A stretch of DNA of 64,000 nucleotides from an uncultured delta proteobacterium (GCA_963785725.1 CAWAWS010000006.1:128001-192000); one strand, 5' to 3'. Counted from the stretch's first letter, positions 1 to 11,681 are shown. Made by a program: numbers and translations. Notes: generated from the letters alone by a model not told the origin.

Positions 1-302
1 ATCCCGACTGCCGGCCCGAGTTCTTGCGCGCGTTCGAGACGATGGCGCGGCTCGGCACCAAAGCCGGCGCCGAAGGTGCCGACTGGCAAGTGCGCGCGCC
101 GCTCATCGCCATGTCGAAGGCCGAGATCATCAAGGCCGGTGTCGCGCTCGGGGTCGACTACGGCCTGACGCACTCCTGCTACGACCCCATCGTCAAGGGC
201 GACGGCGACGACGACGTGCGCGCCTGCGGCCGCTGCGACTCCTGTTTATTGCGCAAAAAGGGGTTCGCCGAAGCCGGCGTGCCCGACCCGACGCGCTATT
301 GA
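1..302 (+). CDS. queC: 7-cyano-7-deazaguanine synthase, C-terminal part (5' truncated by the window edge)
   Basis: Frame from nt 3 reads PDCRPEF...[12 protein letters not shown]...THSCYDP...CGRCDSC, the QueC Zn-binding cysteine motifs. Confidence 0.95.
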   Translation, partial: PDCRPEFLRAFETMARLGTKAGAEGADWQVRAPLIAMSKAEIIKAGVALGVDYGLTHSCYDPIVKGDGDDDVRACGRCDSCLLRKKGFAEAGVPDPTRY

Positions 303-492
303 GCCACACGTCGCGCTGAACGCGCCTGGCGCGCCGCCCGCCGTTCGCGCTGGGCCGAGCAGGGCGGCCACGCCGGCGCGCCGTACGCGCGGCGCCACGA
401 GGCTGCCAGCGCGTGTCAGCCGGCCAGGCCAGGCGGCCGGCGAAACGATCCGATGTAGTTGGGTGAAGGTGAGAGGGTAGCGCGCGAAGGCG

Positions 493-1938
<1,446 letters not shown>

Positions 1939-1977
1939 ATCGTCGCGACACGGGCAAACGGGCTACAATGGGACGGG

Positions 1978-3696
1978 ATGCCGGGTCCAACGCTCGGTCG
2001 CTATCGGCTGTCGGAGCGTCTCGCTGAGGGCGAGTCGTGGGAGCTGTGGCGCGGTGACGATGTCGGGCTCGGCGGTCTGGCACGGCCGGTCGCCGTCGAG
2101 CGGCTCGCCCCGTCGCTGACGAGCGATCGCGCGCTGGCCCTCGAGGTGAGCCGCGCCTTCGTCGTCAGCCACCCGAACCTGGTCGCGGTGCGCGATGCCG
2201 GCGAGCTCGATGGCCGGCTGTTCGTGGCTTGGGAGTGGGTGGATGGCGCGACCCTGCAGCGGCTGATCGAGCGGCTGCAGGCGGCGCATCGGCCGTTTCC
2301 GCTGCGGTTTGCCTGCCTGGTGACGATCGACGCCGCGCGCGGGCTCGACGAGGCCCATCGCGCGCGCGACGCGGCCGGCAAGCCGAGCGACGGCGGCGTC
2401 GGGCTCGTGCACGGCGACGTCGGCCCCGAACGGCTGTGGATTTCGCTCGCGGGCGAGGTGAAGCTGGCCGGCCTCGGTCTCGGCCGCGCACGCCTGATCG
2501 ACGGCAGCCGCGGCACGCTCGCGCCCGAGCAGGCGCGCGGCGAGCCGGCGATCGACGGCCGCGCCGACGTGTTCGCGCTCGGCGCGCTCTTATACGAGCT
2601 GGCCAGCGGGCAGAATCCCTTCGGCGCGCCTCACGAAGACGCCGCTGAACGCCTCGGGCGGCTGCGCGTCGGCGCCTGTCCGTCGCTGCGAACGCTGCAG
2701 CCGGCGTTGCCGCAGGGCTTGGAGGCGATCGTCGCCCGCGCCATGGCGCCGTCGCCCGACGATCGCTATCCCTCGTGCGGGCAGCTGCGCGAAGACTTGG
2801 AGGCGCTGGCTCGTCGCGAGGGCTATGCGTTGGCGCAGGCGGATTTCGCGCTCTTCGTCCGCGAGCTGATGGCGACGCCGGCGGAAGCGGCGGCCCCGGC
2901 CAAGCGGCTGTCGGGCTCGCGCGCCGTGGCGACGCCGCGCGCCTTCAATGCCGCGCTCGGCGGCGCGCTGGCGCTGCTCGACGGCGGCGATGACGCGGAT
3001 GAAGCAAACGGCGGCGCACCTCGTATCAACGGCGATGCTGCGGGTGCCGCCACCGCCGGGCCGACGACCGCGCCGCCGCCGCGAACGCTGGCGATGCCGA
3101 AGCTGCACGCCGCGATCGCCCCGCCGACTCCCGCGATCGAGCCGCCGCGCGCGTCGCCGAATTCGGACATGACGGAGCTGATCCCGCGCGATGGCGGCTT
3201 CGGCGCGTTGTGGATGTCGCTCGGCGCCGTCGCCTTGACGCTCGTGGGCGGCGTGGCGCTGCTGGTTTTACGGCCGTTTCGTTCGAACGACGCGTGGTCG
3301 CAGCGCGCGCCCGTCGCCGCGCAGCCGCCGGTCGCACGGAAGCCGAGCGCGCCGGTCGCGGCGCCGCCGAGCGCGTCCGCGCCGCAGTCGGCCGCGCCAA
3401 CGCCGCAGTCGGCTGCGCCGGCGCCGCCGCCGCCGCAGGTCGTCGAGCGCGAGCATCATGCGCGCGCGGCGCGGCCCGCCGGCGCGCACCTGACGATCAC
3501 GGCCGATGTCGCCGCCGACGCCTTTGTCGACGGCAATTACGTGCGGCCGACGCCGATCGTCGACCTCGAGCTGCCGCCGGGGCGCCATGTCGTGCGCGTG
3601 GAGTCGACGGCGCCGGGGCTGCGGCTGATTCCGCGGCAAGAGACGGTCGAGCTGCATCCGGGCGAGCTGAGAGAGCTACAAATGGTGCTGCAATGA
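1978..3696 (+). CDS. Membrane-anchored Ser/Thr kinase-like protein (probable pseudokinase) with C-terminal PEGA-like domain
   Basis: Hanks kinase layout (HPNLV, APEQ, DGRADVFALG), a TM segment (LWMSLGAVALTLVGGVALLVL) and a PEGA-like end; catalytic motifs are degenerate. Confidence 0.88.
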   Translation: MPGPTLGRYRLSERLAEGESWELWRGDDVGLGGLARPVAVERLAPSLTSDRALALEVSRAFVVSHPNLVAVRDAGELDGRLFVAWEWVDGATLQRLIERLQAAHRPFPLRFACLVTIDAARGLDEAHRARDAAGKPSDGGVGLVHGDVGPERLWISLAGEVKLAGLGLGRARLIDGSRGTLAPEQARGEPAIDGRADVFALGALLYELASGQNPFGAPHEDAAERLGRLRVGACPSLRTLQPALPQGLEAIVARAMAPSPDDRYPSCGQLREDLEALARREGYALAQADFALFVRELMATPAEAAAPAKRLSGSRAVATPRAFNAALGGALALLDGGDDADEANGGAPRINGDAAGAATAGPTTAPPPRTLAMPKLHAAIAPPTPAIEPPRASPNSDMTELIPRDGGFGALWMSLGAVALTLVGGVALLVLRPFRSNDAWSQRAPVAAQPPVARKPSAPVAAPPSASAPQSAAPTPQSAAPAPPPPQVVEREHHARAARPAGAHLTITADVAADAFVDGNYVRPTPIVDLELPPGRHVVRVESTAPGLRLIPRQETVELHPGELRELQMVLQ

Positions 3697-5099
3697 GCTC
3701 CGAGAACGAGGGCAACGCACGAGACCCGAAGACGCGGGCGCTGTCGGCGAGCGATCGGCCGCTCGTGCGCCATGCCGAGCGCTTTCGGCTGACGGTGACG
3801 GCCGGCGGCGGCGTGCGCGTGGGCGAGACCATCGAAGCGGCGGGAAATATCCTGCGCGTCGGGTCGAAAGAGGGCAATTCGCTGCGCCTCGCCAACGAAA
3901 CGGTGTCGCGTTACCACTTCGAGATCGAGCCGACGCCGCTCGGCTTCGTGCTGCGCGACTTGGGCTCGACCAACGGCACCTTCGTGGACGGCTACCGCGT
4001 GCGCGAGATCTACCTGCCGCAAGGGCGGACGGCGCAGCTCAAGGCGGGCGAGGTGGCGCTCAGCTTCGAGGCGCTCGGCGAAGCGGTGCCGATCGCGCTG
4101 TCGGGCGAAGATCGCTTCGGCGACGCGCTCGGGCGTTCGCCGGCGATGCGCGAGCTGTTCGGCGTGCTCGAGCGCGTGGCGCAAAAGGATCTGACGATCC
4201 TCGTCGAAGGCGAGAGCGGCACCGGCAAAGAGCGGCTGGCCGAGGCGATCCACCTGCGTTCGCCGCGCGCGCACAAGCGCTTCGTCGTGTTCGATTGCGC
4301 GGCGGTGCCGGCGTCGCTGATGGAGTCGGAGCTGCTCGGCCACGAGCGCGGCGCCTTCACCGGCGCCGACAGCCGGCGCATCGGCCGCTTCGAGGAGGCG
4401 CAAGGCGGCACGCTCTTCATCGACGAGATCGGCGAATTGCCGCTCGAGCTGCAGCCGAAGCTCTTGCGCGCCCTCGAGAAGCGGGAGATTCGCCGCATCG
4501 GCGGCTCGACGGTCATTCCGGTCGACGTGCGCGTCGTCGCGGCGACCAATCGCGACTTGGTGCGCGAGGTGAATCGCAACACCTTCCGCGAGGATCTGTA
4601 TTATCGGCTGGCCGTCGTTCGCTTGCGCGTGCCGCCGTTGCGCGAGCGCGAAGGCGACGTGCCGCTGCTCGTCGAGCACTTCGTGAAGGAGGCGCTCGAC
4701 GGCGACGAAGCGGCGACGCGCGAGGCGCTGGCCAGCATCACCGACGAGAATTGGCGGCGTTTGGCGTCGCATCCGTGGCCGGGCAATGTCCGCGAGCTGC
4801 GCAACTTCATCGAGCGCACGCTGGCGTTGACCGGTGGCGTCGACGCCAATGACGCGCCCGTCTCGGCGCGCGCGACCGCGGCCGGCGACGTGCCCGCCGG
4901 CCGCGACGCCGCGCTCGATCTGTCGCGGCCGTTCATCGAGGCGCGCCAGGAGCTGCTGGCGGCGTTCGAGAAGAGCTACTTGGAGGCGCAGCTGTCGCGG
5001 CACGGCGGCAACATTTCGCGGGCGGCGCGCGCGGCGGGGCTCGATCGCATGCACTTCAAGCGGCTGCTCGCGCGCCATCAGCCGCCCGAGCCGAGCTGA
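3693..5099 (+). CDS. FHA-domain sigma54-dependent enhancer-binding protein
   Basis: ATG at 3693 overlaps the upstream stop (ATGA); FHA (VSRYH, DLGSTNGT), GESGTGKE, GAFTGA, WPGNVREL, Fis HTH. Confidence 0.93.
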   Translation: MSSENEGNARDPKTRALSASDRPLVRHAERFRLTVTAGGGVRVGETIEAAGNILRVGSKEGNSLRLANETVSRYHFEIEPTPLGFVLRDLGSTNGTFVDGYRVREIYLPQGRTAQLKAGEVALSFEALGEAVPIALSGEDRFGDALGRSPAMRELFGVLERVAQKDLTILVEGESGTGKERLAEAIHLRSPRAHKRFVVFDCAAVPASLMESELLGHERGAFTGADSRRIGRFEEAQGGTLFIDEIGELPLELQPKLLRALEKREIRRIGGSTVIPVDVRVVAATNRDLVREVNRNTFREDLYYRLAVVRLRVPPLREREGDVPLLVEHFVKEALDGDEAATREALASITDENWRRLASHPWPGNVRELRNFIERTLALTGGVDANDAPVSARATAAGDVPAGRDAALDLSRPFIEARQELLAAFEKSYLEAQLSRHGGNISRAARAAGLDRMHFKRLLARHQPPEPS

Positions 5100-5140
5100 C
5101 CAAAGCTGACAGGCTGCGACTTCGCGCTTATTCTCCGCCC

Positions 5141-6529
5141 GTGCCGCGTCTCGACAGTCGCTTCGCCGATGATTCTACCGCCGTCTTCGCGCGTGCTGCG
5201 CTGCTGGTCGCGGCGGCGGCGGCGCTGGCCGTGTCCGCGCTCGGCTGCCCGCCGGCGGCGACCTTGCCCGCCGGCTGCAGCAAAGACGTCGACTGCAAGG
5301 GCGCGCGCATCTGCGTCGCGCACGCCTGCGTCGATCCGCCGGCCCCGCCGAAAGCGGTCGACCTCGGTGCCGTCGACGGTGGCGCCATCGCTGATGGTGG
5401 CGCGGCCGATCTATTGGCGGCCCTAGGCGATGGCGGTGCCGTCGCGCCGCCGCCGCCGCTCGGCGCGTCGCCGACGTTTCACGGCGACGCGCAACACAGC
5501 GGCCGCAGCCGTTTTCGCGCGCCGGTGAACGCGCCCACCGAAGTCGCGCACGTCGCCACCGGCGGCGTCGTCTTCGGCTCGCCCGCCATCACCGACGACG
5601 GCGTCGTCATCTTCGGCTCGCACGACAAGTCGATCTACGCCGTCGACAGCAGCGGCAAGATCTTGTGGCGCCGCCCGACCAACGACCTCGTGTGGAGCTC
5701 GCCCACGATCGGCCCCGGCGGCGTCGTCTACGTCGGCAGCGACGACGATCATGTGTACGCGCTCGATCTGAAGGACGGCAGTGTGCGCTGGACGTTCCAG
5801 GCCGGCCCCTGTCGCGTCAACACCGGCGTCGGCCCCGAAGGCGCGCGCTGCGACGTCGACGGCGTCAGCGTCGCCGCCGACGGCACGATCTACGCCGCCG
5901 CCGACGGCCTGTACGCGCTGTCGCCCGACGGCAAGCTGAAGTGGAAGTTCTCGCCCGGCGTCACCCACTGCGCCGCGCCGCCCGCCATCGGCCTCGACGG
6001 CACCGTCTACATCGGCTGCCACGACGACGCGCTCTACGCCATCGGCCCCGACGGCAAGAAGAAGTGGGACTTCCGCGCCGGCGACGACGTCGACTCGGCG
6101 CCCGCCATCGGACCGGATGGCCTCGTCTACGTCGGCAGCGACGACCACAAGCTGTATGCGCTGGCGCCCGGCGGCAGCATCCGCTGGGCCGTCACCACCG
6201 GCGGCCCCGTGCGCAGCTCGCCCGCGCTCGCCGCCGACGGCACCGTCTACGTCGGCAGCTTCGACGGCTCGCTCTACGCCGTCAAGCCGGGCGGCGTCGT
6301 CGCCTGGAGCTTCCGCTCGGCCAATCGCATCGCCTCGTCGCCGCTCGTCGACGCCGCCGGCAACATCCTCATCGGCTCCGAAGACGACCGCCTGTACGCG
6401 CTCGCGCCCGACGGCAAGCTCATGTGGAGCGTGCTGCTCGACGGTGACGTCGACTCGACGCCGGCGCTCGCCGCCGACGGCACCATCTGGGTCGGCTGCG
6501 ACGATCGCGCGCTCCATTCGTTGCGTTAG
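5141..6529 (+). CDS. PQQ-like beta-propeller repeat lipoprotein (BamB-like repeats)
   Basis: Lipobox-like SALGC; repeated SSPA..DGTVYVGSDD..LYAL..DG..KW blades. Confidence 0.85.
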   Translation: MPRLDSRFADDSTAVFARAALLVAAAAALAVSALGCPPAATLPAGCSKDVDCKGARICVAHACVDPPAPPKAVDLGAVDGGAIADGGAADLLAALGDGGAVAPPPPLGASPTFHGDAQHSGRSRFRAPVNAPTEVAHVATGGVVFGSPAITDDGVVIFGSHDKSIYAVDSSGKILWRRPTNDLVWSSPTIGPGGVVYVGSDDDHVYALDLKDGSVRWTFQAGPCRVNTGVGPEGARCDVDGVSVAADGTIYAAADGLYALSPDGKLKWKFSPGVTHCAAPPAIGLDGTVYIGCHDDALYAIGPDGKKKWDFRAGDDVDSAPAIGPDGLVYVGSDDHKLYALAPGGSIRWAVTTGGPVRSSPALAADGTVYVGSFDGSLYAVKPGGVVAWSFRSANRIASSPLVDAAGNILIGSEDDRLYALAPDGKLMWSVLLDGDVDSTPALAADGTIWVGCDDRALHSLR

Positions 6530-6588
6530 CCCTTGCGCTGATAAGTATCCGGCCCCACGTTGTTGCCTGTATCCTTTCCCCCAAAATA

Positions 6589-8919
6589 ATGAATATCGAT
6601 AAAGAGAACGTATTGAAGGCGCTTCGTGGCGCCGATTCCGAAGGTCTGCGCGCGCACGAATTGGCCGGAACCATGGGCGCCGACGTCAAAGCGCGCCACC
6701 GCTTACGCACGCTGCTGGCGACGCTCATCGACGAGAACGCGATCGAGAAGGCGCCCGGCAACCGCTATCGCCTCGTCGGCCTCGAGAAGGTCGCGCCGCC
6801 GCCGAGCAAAGACACCGCCAAAGGTTGGATCGCCGGCTCCTTGCGCGTCCATCCGGCCGGCTACGGCTTCGTCGTGCGCGACGACGGCGAGGACGACGCC
6901 TACGTCGGCGCGCGCAACCGCGGCTCGGCGCTCGACGGCGACCGCGTCATGTTGTCGACGTGGACCGGCTACAAAGGCACCGAAGGCAAAGTCGAGAAGA
7001 TCCTCGAGCGCGGCCGCGCCAAGTTGACGGGCACGCTGCGCAAGAGCGGTCGGGCGACCTATGTCGAGCCCGACGATCCGCGCATCGCCGCCACCGGCGG
7101 CCACGTCATGCTCGACGGCGGCGCCAACGGCGCCAAGGATGGTCAAGCGGTCGTCGTCGAGATCGTGCGCTATCCGACGCAGCCCGATGAGCCGCTCGTC
7201 GCCAAGGTCATCCACATCCTCGGCGATCCCGAAGATCCGCGCACCGAGATCGAGAAGATCCTCATCACGGCGGATATTCCGACCGAGTTTCCCGAGGACG
7301 TGCTGCACGCCGCCGAGCGCGCGCCCGTCGAAGTGCGCGTCGAGGACAAGGTCGACCGCGTCGATCTGCGCGATCGCAACTTCATGACCATCGATCCGGA
7401 GACGGCGCGCGACTTCGACGACGCCGTCTGCGTCGAGCCGAGCCCGCGCGGTCCCGACTGGCATCGCTTGTGGGTCGCGGTCGCCGACGTCAGCCACTAC
7501 GTGCGGCCAGGCTCGGCGCTCGATCGCGAGGCGCGCGTGCGCGGCTGCTCGGTCTACCTGCCCGATCGCGCGATTCCCATGTTGCCGAAGCAGCTGTCGT
7601 CGGGTATCTGCTCGCTCAACCCCGAAGTCGACCGCTTGGCGATGGTCGCGCGCATGGAGGTCGACCCCAAAGGCGACGTCCACGACGAATACTTCTGCGC
7701 CGCCGTCATCAACTCGCACGCGCGGCTCGACTATCCGGGCGTGGCCGCGGCGCTGTCGGGCGATCTGCGCGGCGCGCGGGCGCGTTATCGCGAATTTCTG
7801 CCCGATCTCGAGCGCATGGCGTCGCTGGCGAAGAAGATGCGCGGCCGTCGCATCGAGCGCGGCGCGCTCGACTTCGACCTGCCGGAAGCCAAGGTCATCC
7901 TCGATCAGGACGATCCGACGCGCGTCCGTGACGTCGTGCAGTCGCGCGGCGATGCCTCGGTCAAGGGCGCCTATCAGCTCGTCGAGGACTTCATGTTGGC
8001 GGCGAACGAGGCGGTGGCGCGCCATTTCCGCCTGCGCAACCTCGACACCGTCTGGCGCATCCACGACATCCCGTCCGACGAGCGCTTGCAGGCGTTCGCG
8101 GATCTGGCGCAAGCGTTCGGCCTGAATTTTCAGCCGGAAGATGGTCGCGTGCCGCGTAAATTGCGCGACCTCCTGAATTCGCTGAAGGGTCGTCCGATGG
8201 AGCGGCCGCTCAACTTCATGCTGTTGCGCACGCTGAAGCAGGCCGTCTACGACACGGTCAACGTGGGCCACTTCGGCTTGGCGGCGCCCGATTATTTGCA
8301 CTTCACGTCGCCGATTCGCCGCTATCCCGACCTCATCGTGCATCGCCTGCTGAAGCATTCGCTGCAGTCGGACGGCCTGCCCGCGGGTGGTCCGCCGCCG
8401 GTGAAGCCGGCGCGCGAGACGCTGCAGCAGATGGCGTCCGACTCGTCGAAGTCGGAGCGGCGCGCGATGGAGGCCGAGCGCGACGTGATCGACCTGTATC
8501 GCGCCGTGCTCATGCGCGACAAAGTGGGCGAGGAGTACGACGGCACGGTGTCGGGCCTGGCCAACTTCGGCCTGTTCATTCAGATCGAGGTGCCGTTCGT
8601 CGAAGGATTGGTTCGTGTCGCGAACATCAACGACGACCAGTACGAGGTCGACGCGGAGACGCAGCGGCTCGTCGGACGCCGCACCGGCCGCCAGTTCGCG
8701 CTCGGCGACGCCGTCAAAGTGCGCATCGAGAACGTGTCGGTGCCGCGGCGTAAGATCGATCTGGCGCTGGTGGCGCATACGGCGACGCACGCGGACGAAG
8801 TCATCGTCAAGAAGAAGAAGCCGGCGTTCGAGCCGCGCAAGCCGTTGAAGCCGTCGCCGGCGCGCGGCGGCGAGAAGCGCGAACGGCACCGCCGCGGCGC
8901 GCCCAAACGCCGCCGTTAA
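6589..8919 (+). CDS. rnr: Ribonuclease R
   Basis: HPAGYGFV cold-shock domain, TIDPETARDFDDA, HFTSPIRRYPDL, S1 domain, basic tail. Confidence 0.95.
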   Translation: MNIDKENVLKALRGADSEGLRAHELAGTMGADVKARHRLRTLLATLIDENAIEKAPGNRYRLVGLEKVAPPPSKDTAKGWIAGSLRVHPAGYGFVVRDDGEDDAYVGARNRGSALDGDRVMLSTWTGYKGTEGKVEKILERGRAKLTGTLRKSGRATYVEPDDPRIAATGGHVMLDGGANGAKDGQAVVVEIVRYPTQPDEPLVAKVIHILGDPEDPRTEIEKILITADIPTEFPEDVLHAAERAPVEVRVEDKVDRVDLRDRNFMTIDPETARDFDDAVCVEPSPRGPDWHRLWVAVADVSHYVRPGSALDREARVRGCSVYLPDRAIPMLPKQLSSGICSLNPEVDRLAMVARMEVDPKGDVHDEYFCAAVINSHARLDYPGVAAALSGDLRGARARYREFLPDLERMASLAKKMRGRRIERGALDFDLPEAKVILDQDDPTRVRDVVQSRGDASVKGAYQLVEDFMLAANEAVARHFRLRNLDTVWRIHDIPSDERLQAFADLAQAFGLNFQPEDGRVPRKLRDLLNSLKGRPMERPLNFMLLRTLKQAVYDTVNVGHFGLAAPDYLHFTSPIRRYPDLIVHRLLKHSLQSDGLPAGGPPPVKPARETLQQMASDSSKSERRAMEAERDVIDLYRAVLMRDKVGEEYDGTVSGLANFGLFIQIEVPFVEGLVRVANINDDQYEVDAETQRLVGRRTGRQFALGDAVKVRIENVSVPRRKIDLALVAHTATHADEVIVKKKKPAFEPRKPLKPSPARGGEKRERHRRGAPKRRR

Positions 8920-9007
8920 TCGGCGATCGGCGACGTCACCGGCGATTTTTCGCGCATTTGTGACGCTCACCGCGCAACTTTTCCCGCCGCGCTACGATAA
9001 GATCAGC

Positions 9008-10063
9008 ATGAACATGCAAAGCATCCGCGAGCGTCTCGAAGAGGACGAGCGACGTACGTTGTCGCCGTTCGCGCAGCTCTCGTCGCAGTCCAAAGGTCGC
9101 GCCAAGGAAGAAGCGCCCGACGGAATGCGGCCGGCTTATCAGCTCGATCGCGACCGCGTGATTCATTCGAAGGCGTTTCGGCGCCTGGCGGGCAAGACGC
9201 AGGTGTTCTTGGCGCCCGAGGGCGATCATTACCGCACGCGCATCACGCACACGCTGGAAGTGGCGCAGTTCGCGCGCTCGGTGACGAAGTTCCTCGGGCT
9301 CAACGAGATGCTGACCGAGGCCATCGTCATGGGTCACGACCTCGGGCACACGCCGTTCGGCCACGCGGGCGAGAAGGTGCTGGCGAAGCTGATGCCGGAC
9401 GGCTTTCACCACGTCAAGCAGTCGCTGCGCGTCGTCGACAAGCTGGAGCACGACGGCGCGGGGCTGAACCTGACGTCGGAAGTGCGCGACGGCATCCTCA
9501 AGCACTCCAAGGGCAAAGGCGCGATCTTCAGCGACAACCCGAACCTGACGGCGATGACGCTCGAAGGACAGATCGTGCGCATCGCCGACATCGCGGCCTA
9601 CGTCAACCACGACTACGACGACGCGGCACGCGGCGGGCTCGTCAGCGACAGCGACTTGCCCGAGGTCGTGGCCAAGGAGCTCGGCCGCACGCACGGCGCG
9701 CGCATCCACACGCTGGTCTCGGACATCGTCGAGAGCTCGAAGCTGGAAGAGAAGCGCATGATTCGCATGTCGGAGCCGCGGCTGCAGGCGCTCTATCAGC
9801 TGCGCGACTTCTTGTACGAGCGCGTGTACGAGTCCAAAGGCGTGCGCGAAGAGTTCGCCAAGGCGCAGCGCATCCTGGAAGAGCTGTGGAACTATTTTCA
9901 CGAGCACAGCGACGAGTTCCGCGAGCGCCATTGGCTGAAGGCGACGCCGGAAGCGGACGGGCTCGACCGCGCCATCGGCGACTTCTTGTGCGGCATGACC
10001 GATCGCTACGCCATGCGGCTGTATCAGGAGAAGGTGCTGCCCAAGCCGTGGACGGTCTACTGA
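9008..10063 (+). CDS. dgt: Deoxyguanosinetriphosphate triphosphohydrolase-like HD protein
   Basis: DRDRVIHSKAFRRL..KTQV, RTRITHTLEV, GHDLGHTPFGHAGE, GMTDRYA. Confidence 0.93.
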   Translation: MNMQSIRERLEEDERRTLSPFAQLSSQSKGRAKEEAPDGMRPAYQLDRDRVIHSKAFRRLAGKTQVFLAPEGDHYRTRITHTLEVAQFARSVTKFLGLNEMLTEAIVMGHDLGHTPFGHAGEKVLAKLMPDGFHHVKQSLRVVDKLEHDGAGLNLTSEVRDGILKHSKGKGAIFSDNPNLTAMTLEGQIVRIADIAAYVNHDYDDAARGGLVSDSDLPEVVAKELGRTHGARIHTLVSDIVESSKLEEKRMIRMSEPRLQALYQLRDFLYERVYESKGVREEFAKAQRILEELWNYFHEHSDEFRERHWLKATPEADGLDRAIGDFLCGMTDRYAMRLYQEKVLPKPWTVY

Positions 10064-10116
10064 GCGCGGCTTGCCCGACTGATGGCGCGCGCTAGCTTCT
10101 CCGACGAGGAGGCCAC

Positions 10117-10374
10117 ATGAAGCGCGAGGATGTCGATCGGCACACGGCCAACCCGTCGGGCGCGCCGGAAGCGGGCGGCGCGACGACGACCGGCTCGCGC
10201 TTCGGCGGTCGCTCGCTCGTGGCGCACGCGCTGCGGTTCCTGGCGCGCGTGGCGCGCGACCTCGAGGCGACGGCCTATCGCCGGCTGCGCGACATGGAAA
10301 TACAGGCCAAACGCCGGGGCGAAGGCGGCGAGCCGGGCGCGCCCAATCGCGTCCGCGAAGTCCGCATTCACTGA
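10117..10374 (+). CDS. Small hypothetical protein (85 aa)
   Basis: GAGGAGG SD just before the ATG and a TAGCTT -10-like box upstream; fills the dgt-yhhQ gap. Confidence 0.55.
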   Translation: MKREDVDRHTANPSGAPEAGGATTTGSRFGGRSLVAHALRFLARVARDLEATAYRRLRDMEIQAKRRGEGGEPGAPNRVREVRIH

Positions 10375-10455
10375 CCTAAGCTCGTAGGGACAGTAAGCGT
10401 TCGCGGCGCACGGATCCGCTCGACCGATGCGGCGGTTCGACGGTAGGCTGCCGCC

Positions 10456-11163
10456 ATGCTCGACTTGACCGGCCGCCAGAAGCTCTACATGTACCTCTGC
10501 GGCATCTTCCTCACGGCGCTGCTCATCGGCGACACCATCGGCTCCAAGCTCTTCATCCTGCCCATCCCGCTCGGCTTCACGACGCTGCACGCGACGCTCT
10601 CGGTCGGCGTCATCTGGTTCCCGATCACGTTCCTCTTGACCGACGTCATCAACGAGTTCTACGGCTCGAAAGGCGCGCGCTTCGTCACTTATCTCGGCTT
10701 TTGGATGGCGCTCATCGCCTTCTTCATCATCTATTGCGCGCGCAAGATCCCGGCCGCCGACTTCTCGCCCGTGCCGCAAGCGGCGTTCGACAACGTGCTC
10801 GGCAACGCCAACACGATCTTCTTCGCGTCGCTGGTGGCCTATTTGGCGGGGCAGATCGTCGACATCTCGGTCTTTCAGCTGGCCAAGCGGCTCACACAGT
10901 CGCGGCACATCTGGCTGCGCTCGACCGGCTCGACGCTCATCTCGCAGCTCATCGACACGGTGCTCGTCACGATGATCGCGTTCTCGTCGAAGCTGACGGC
11001 GGCGCAGCTGCGCCACACGCTCATCTCGCAATACCTCGTGAAGGTGCTGTTCGCGGTCGCGCTGACGCCGATCATCTACGCGTTCCATGGCGTTCTGCAT
11101 CGCCGCCTGCACATGGAAGAGCACCCGGCCGACAGCGCGCGCGTGCACGAGCCGATGCTGTAG
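10456..11163 (+). CDS. yhhQ: Queuosine precursor transporter (VUT/YhhQ family)
   Basis: Multi-TM protein with FPITFLLTDVINEFYG, ASLVAYLAGQIVD and RSTGSTLISQLIDT. Confidence 0.9.
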   Translation: MLDLTGRQKLYMYLCGIFLTALLIGDTIGSKLFILPIPLGFTTLHATLSVGVIWFPITFLLTDVINEFYGSKGARFVTYLGFWMALIAFFIIYCARKIPAADFSPVPQAAFDNVLGNANTIFFASLVAYLAGQIVDISVFQLAKRLTQSRHIWLRSTGSTLISQLIDTVLVTMIAFSSKLTAAQLRHTLISQYLVKVLFAVALTPIIYAFHGVLHRRLHMEEHPADSARVHEPML

Positions 11164-11222
11164 CTCGCCGGCGCCCGCGCGCTCGTCGCCGCACGCGCGT
11201 CGCTGAAGGGGCGAGCGAGCGG

Positions 11223-11534
11223 CTACTTGGCGGCGTACTTCGCGGGGTTCTTGGCGAACGTCGGCTGGCAGTCGGCGCAGCAGAAGGCGTAGCGCTTCTT
11301 GTCGTAGGTCACCTGGATGGTCGAGCCGGTGACCGTGAACTCCTCGCCGGTGACGGCGCACTTGGCCTTGGTGCCGGCGGCCAAGCGCGGCACGGTCGGG
11401 TCGTCGCCGACCACGGAAGCGGCGGCGGCGCCGGCGGCAGGCGCGGTCAGCGTGGCCGGCTGCGTCGCGGCCGACGACTTCTCACATGCACACAGAGGTA
11501 GGCCGAGCAGAATCGCGAGCGCGAGCTTCGTCAT
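11223..11534 (-). CDS. YHS/TRASH-domain lipoprotein
   Basis: Lipobox LCAC; CAVTG...YDKKRYAFCCADCQPTFAKNPAKY. Confidence 0.85.
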   Translation of the reverse strand: MTKLALAILLGLPLCACEKSSAATQPATLTAPAAGAAAASVVGDDPTVPRLAAGTKAKCAVTGEEFTVTGSTIQVTYDKKRYAFCCADCQPTFAKNPAKYAAK

Positions 11535-11665
11535 GCGGGCGAAGCGTAGCAGGCGCGCAGCCCCGCCTCAACCCGCATACCAAAGCGCCTCACGAGCCGC
11601 GTCGAATATCGCGAAACTCGATTGAATAAAACCGAAAACAAGCGGGTTTCGCGCGTTTGTAAAGC

Positions 11666-11681
11666 TGGCATCAGCGCTGCA
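11666..11681 (+). promoter_or_regulatory. Putative sigma54 (-24/-12) promoter
   Basis: TGGCATCAGCGCTGCA = GG-N10-GC, preceded by an AT-rich tract and ~60 nt upstream of the tandem small genes. Confidence 0.65.

Noticed and set aside
316..420. Imperfect inverted repeat between queC and pcnB as an ncRNA
   Set aside because: It is a GC-rich hairpin between convergent genes, plausibly a terminator or chance pairing, with no further support
3210..3692. Long N-terminal extensions in the ORF track (also 21055..23337, 46524..48227, 27524..28777)
   Set aside because: They overlap neighbouring genes; internal starts with SD, -10 box or stop/start coupling fit better
6703..8970. Long antisense ORFs (e.g. 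755 aa opposite rnr, also opposite tuf and rpoB)
   Set aside because: These are shadow ORFs expected from high-GC codon bias and show no recognisable motifs
9008..10063. dGTPase as an anti-phage defence system
   Set aside because: It is the short housekeeping-type Dgt next to rnr, with no defence-island context
10374..10455. preQ1 riboswitch upstream of yhhQ (queC is also in the window)
   Set aside because: No preQ1-type short stem with an A-rich tail is visible, and TAGGCT 6 nt before the ATG suggests a leaderless transcript
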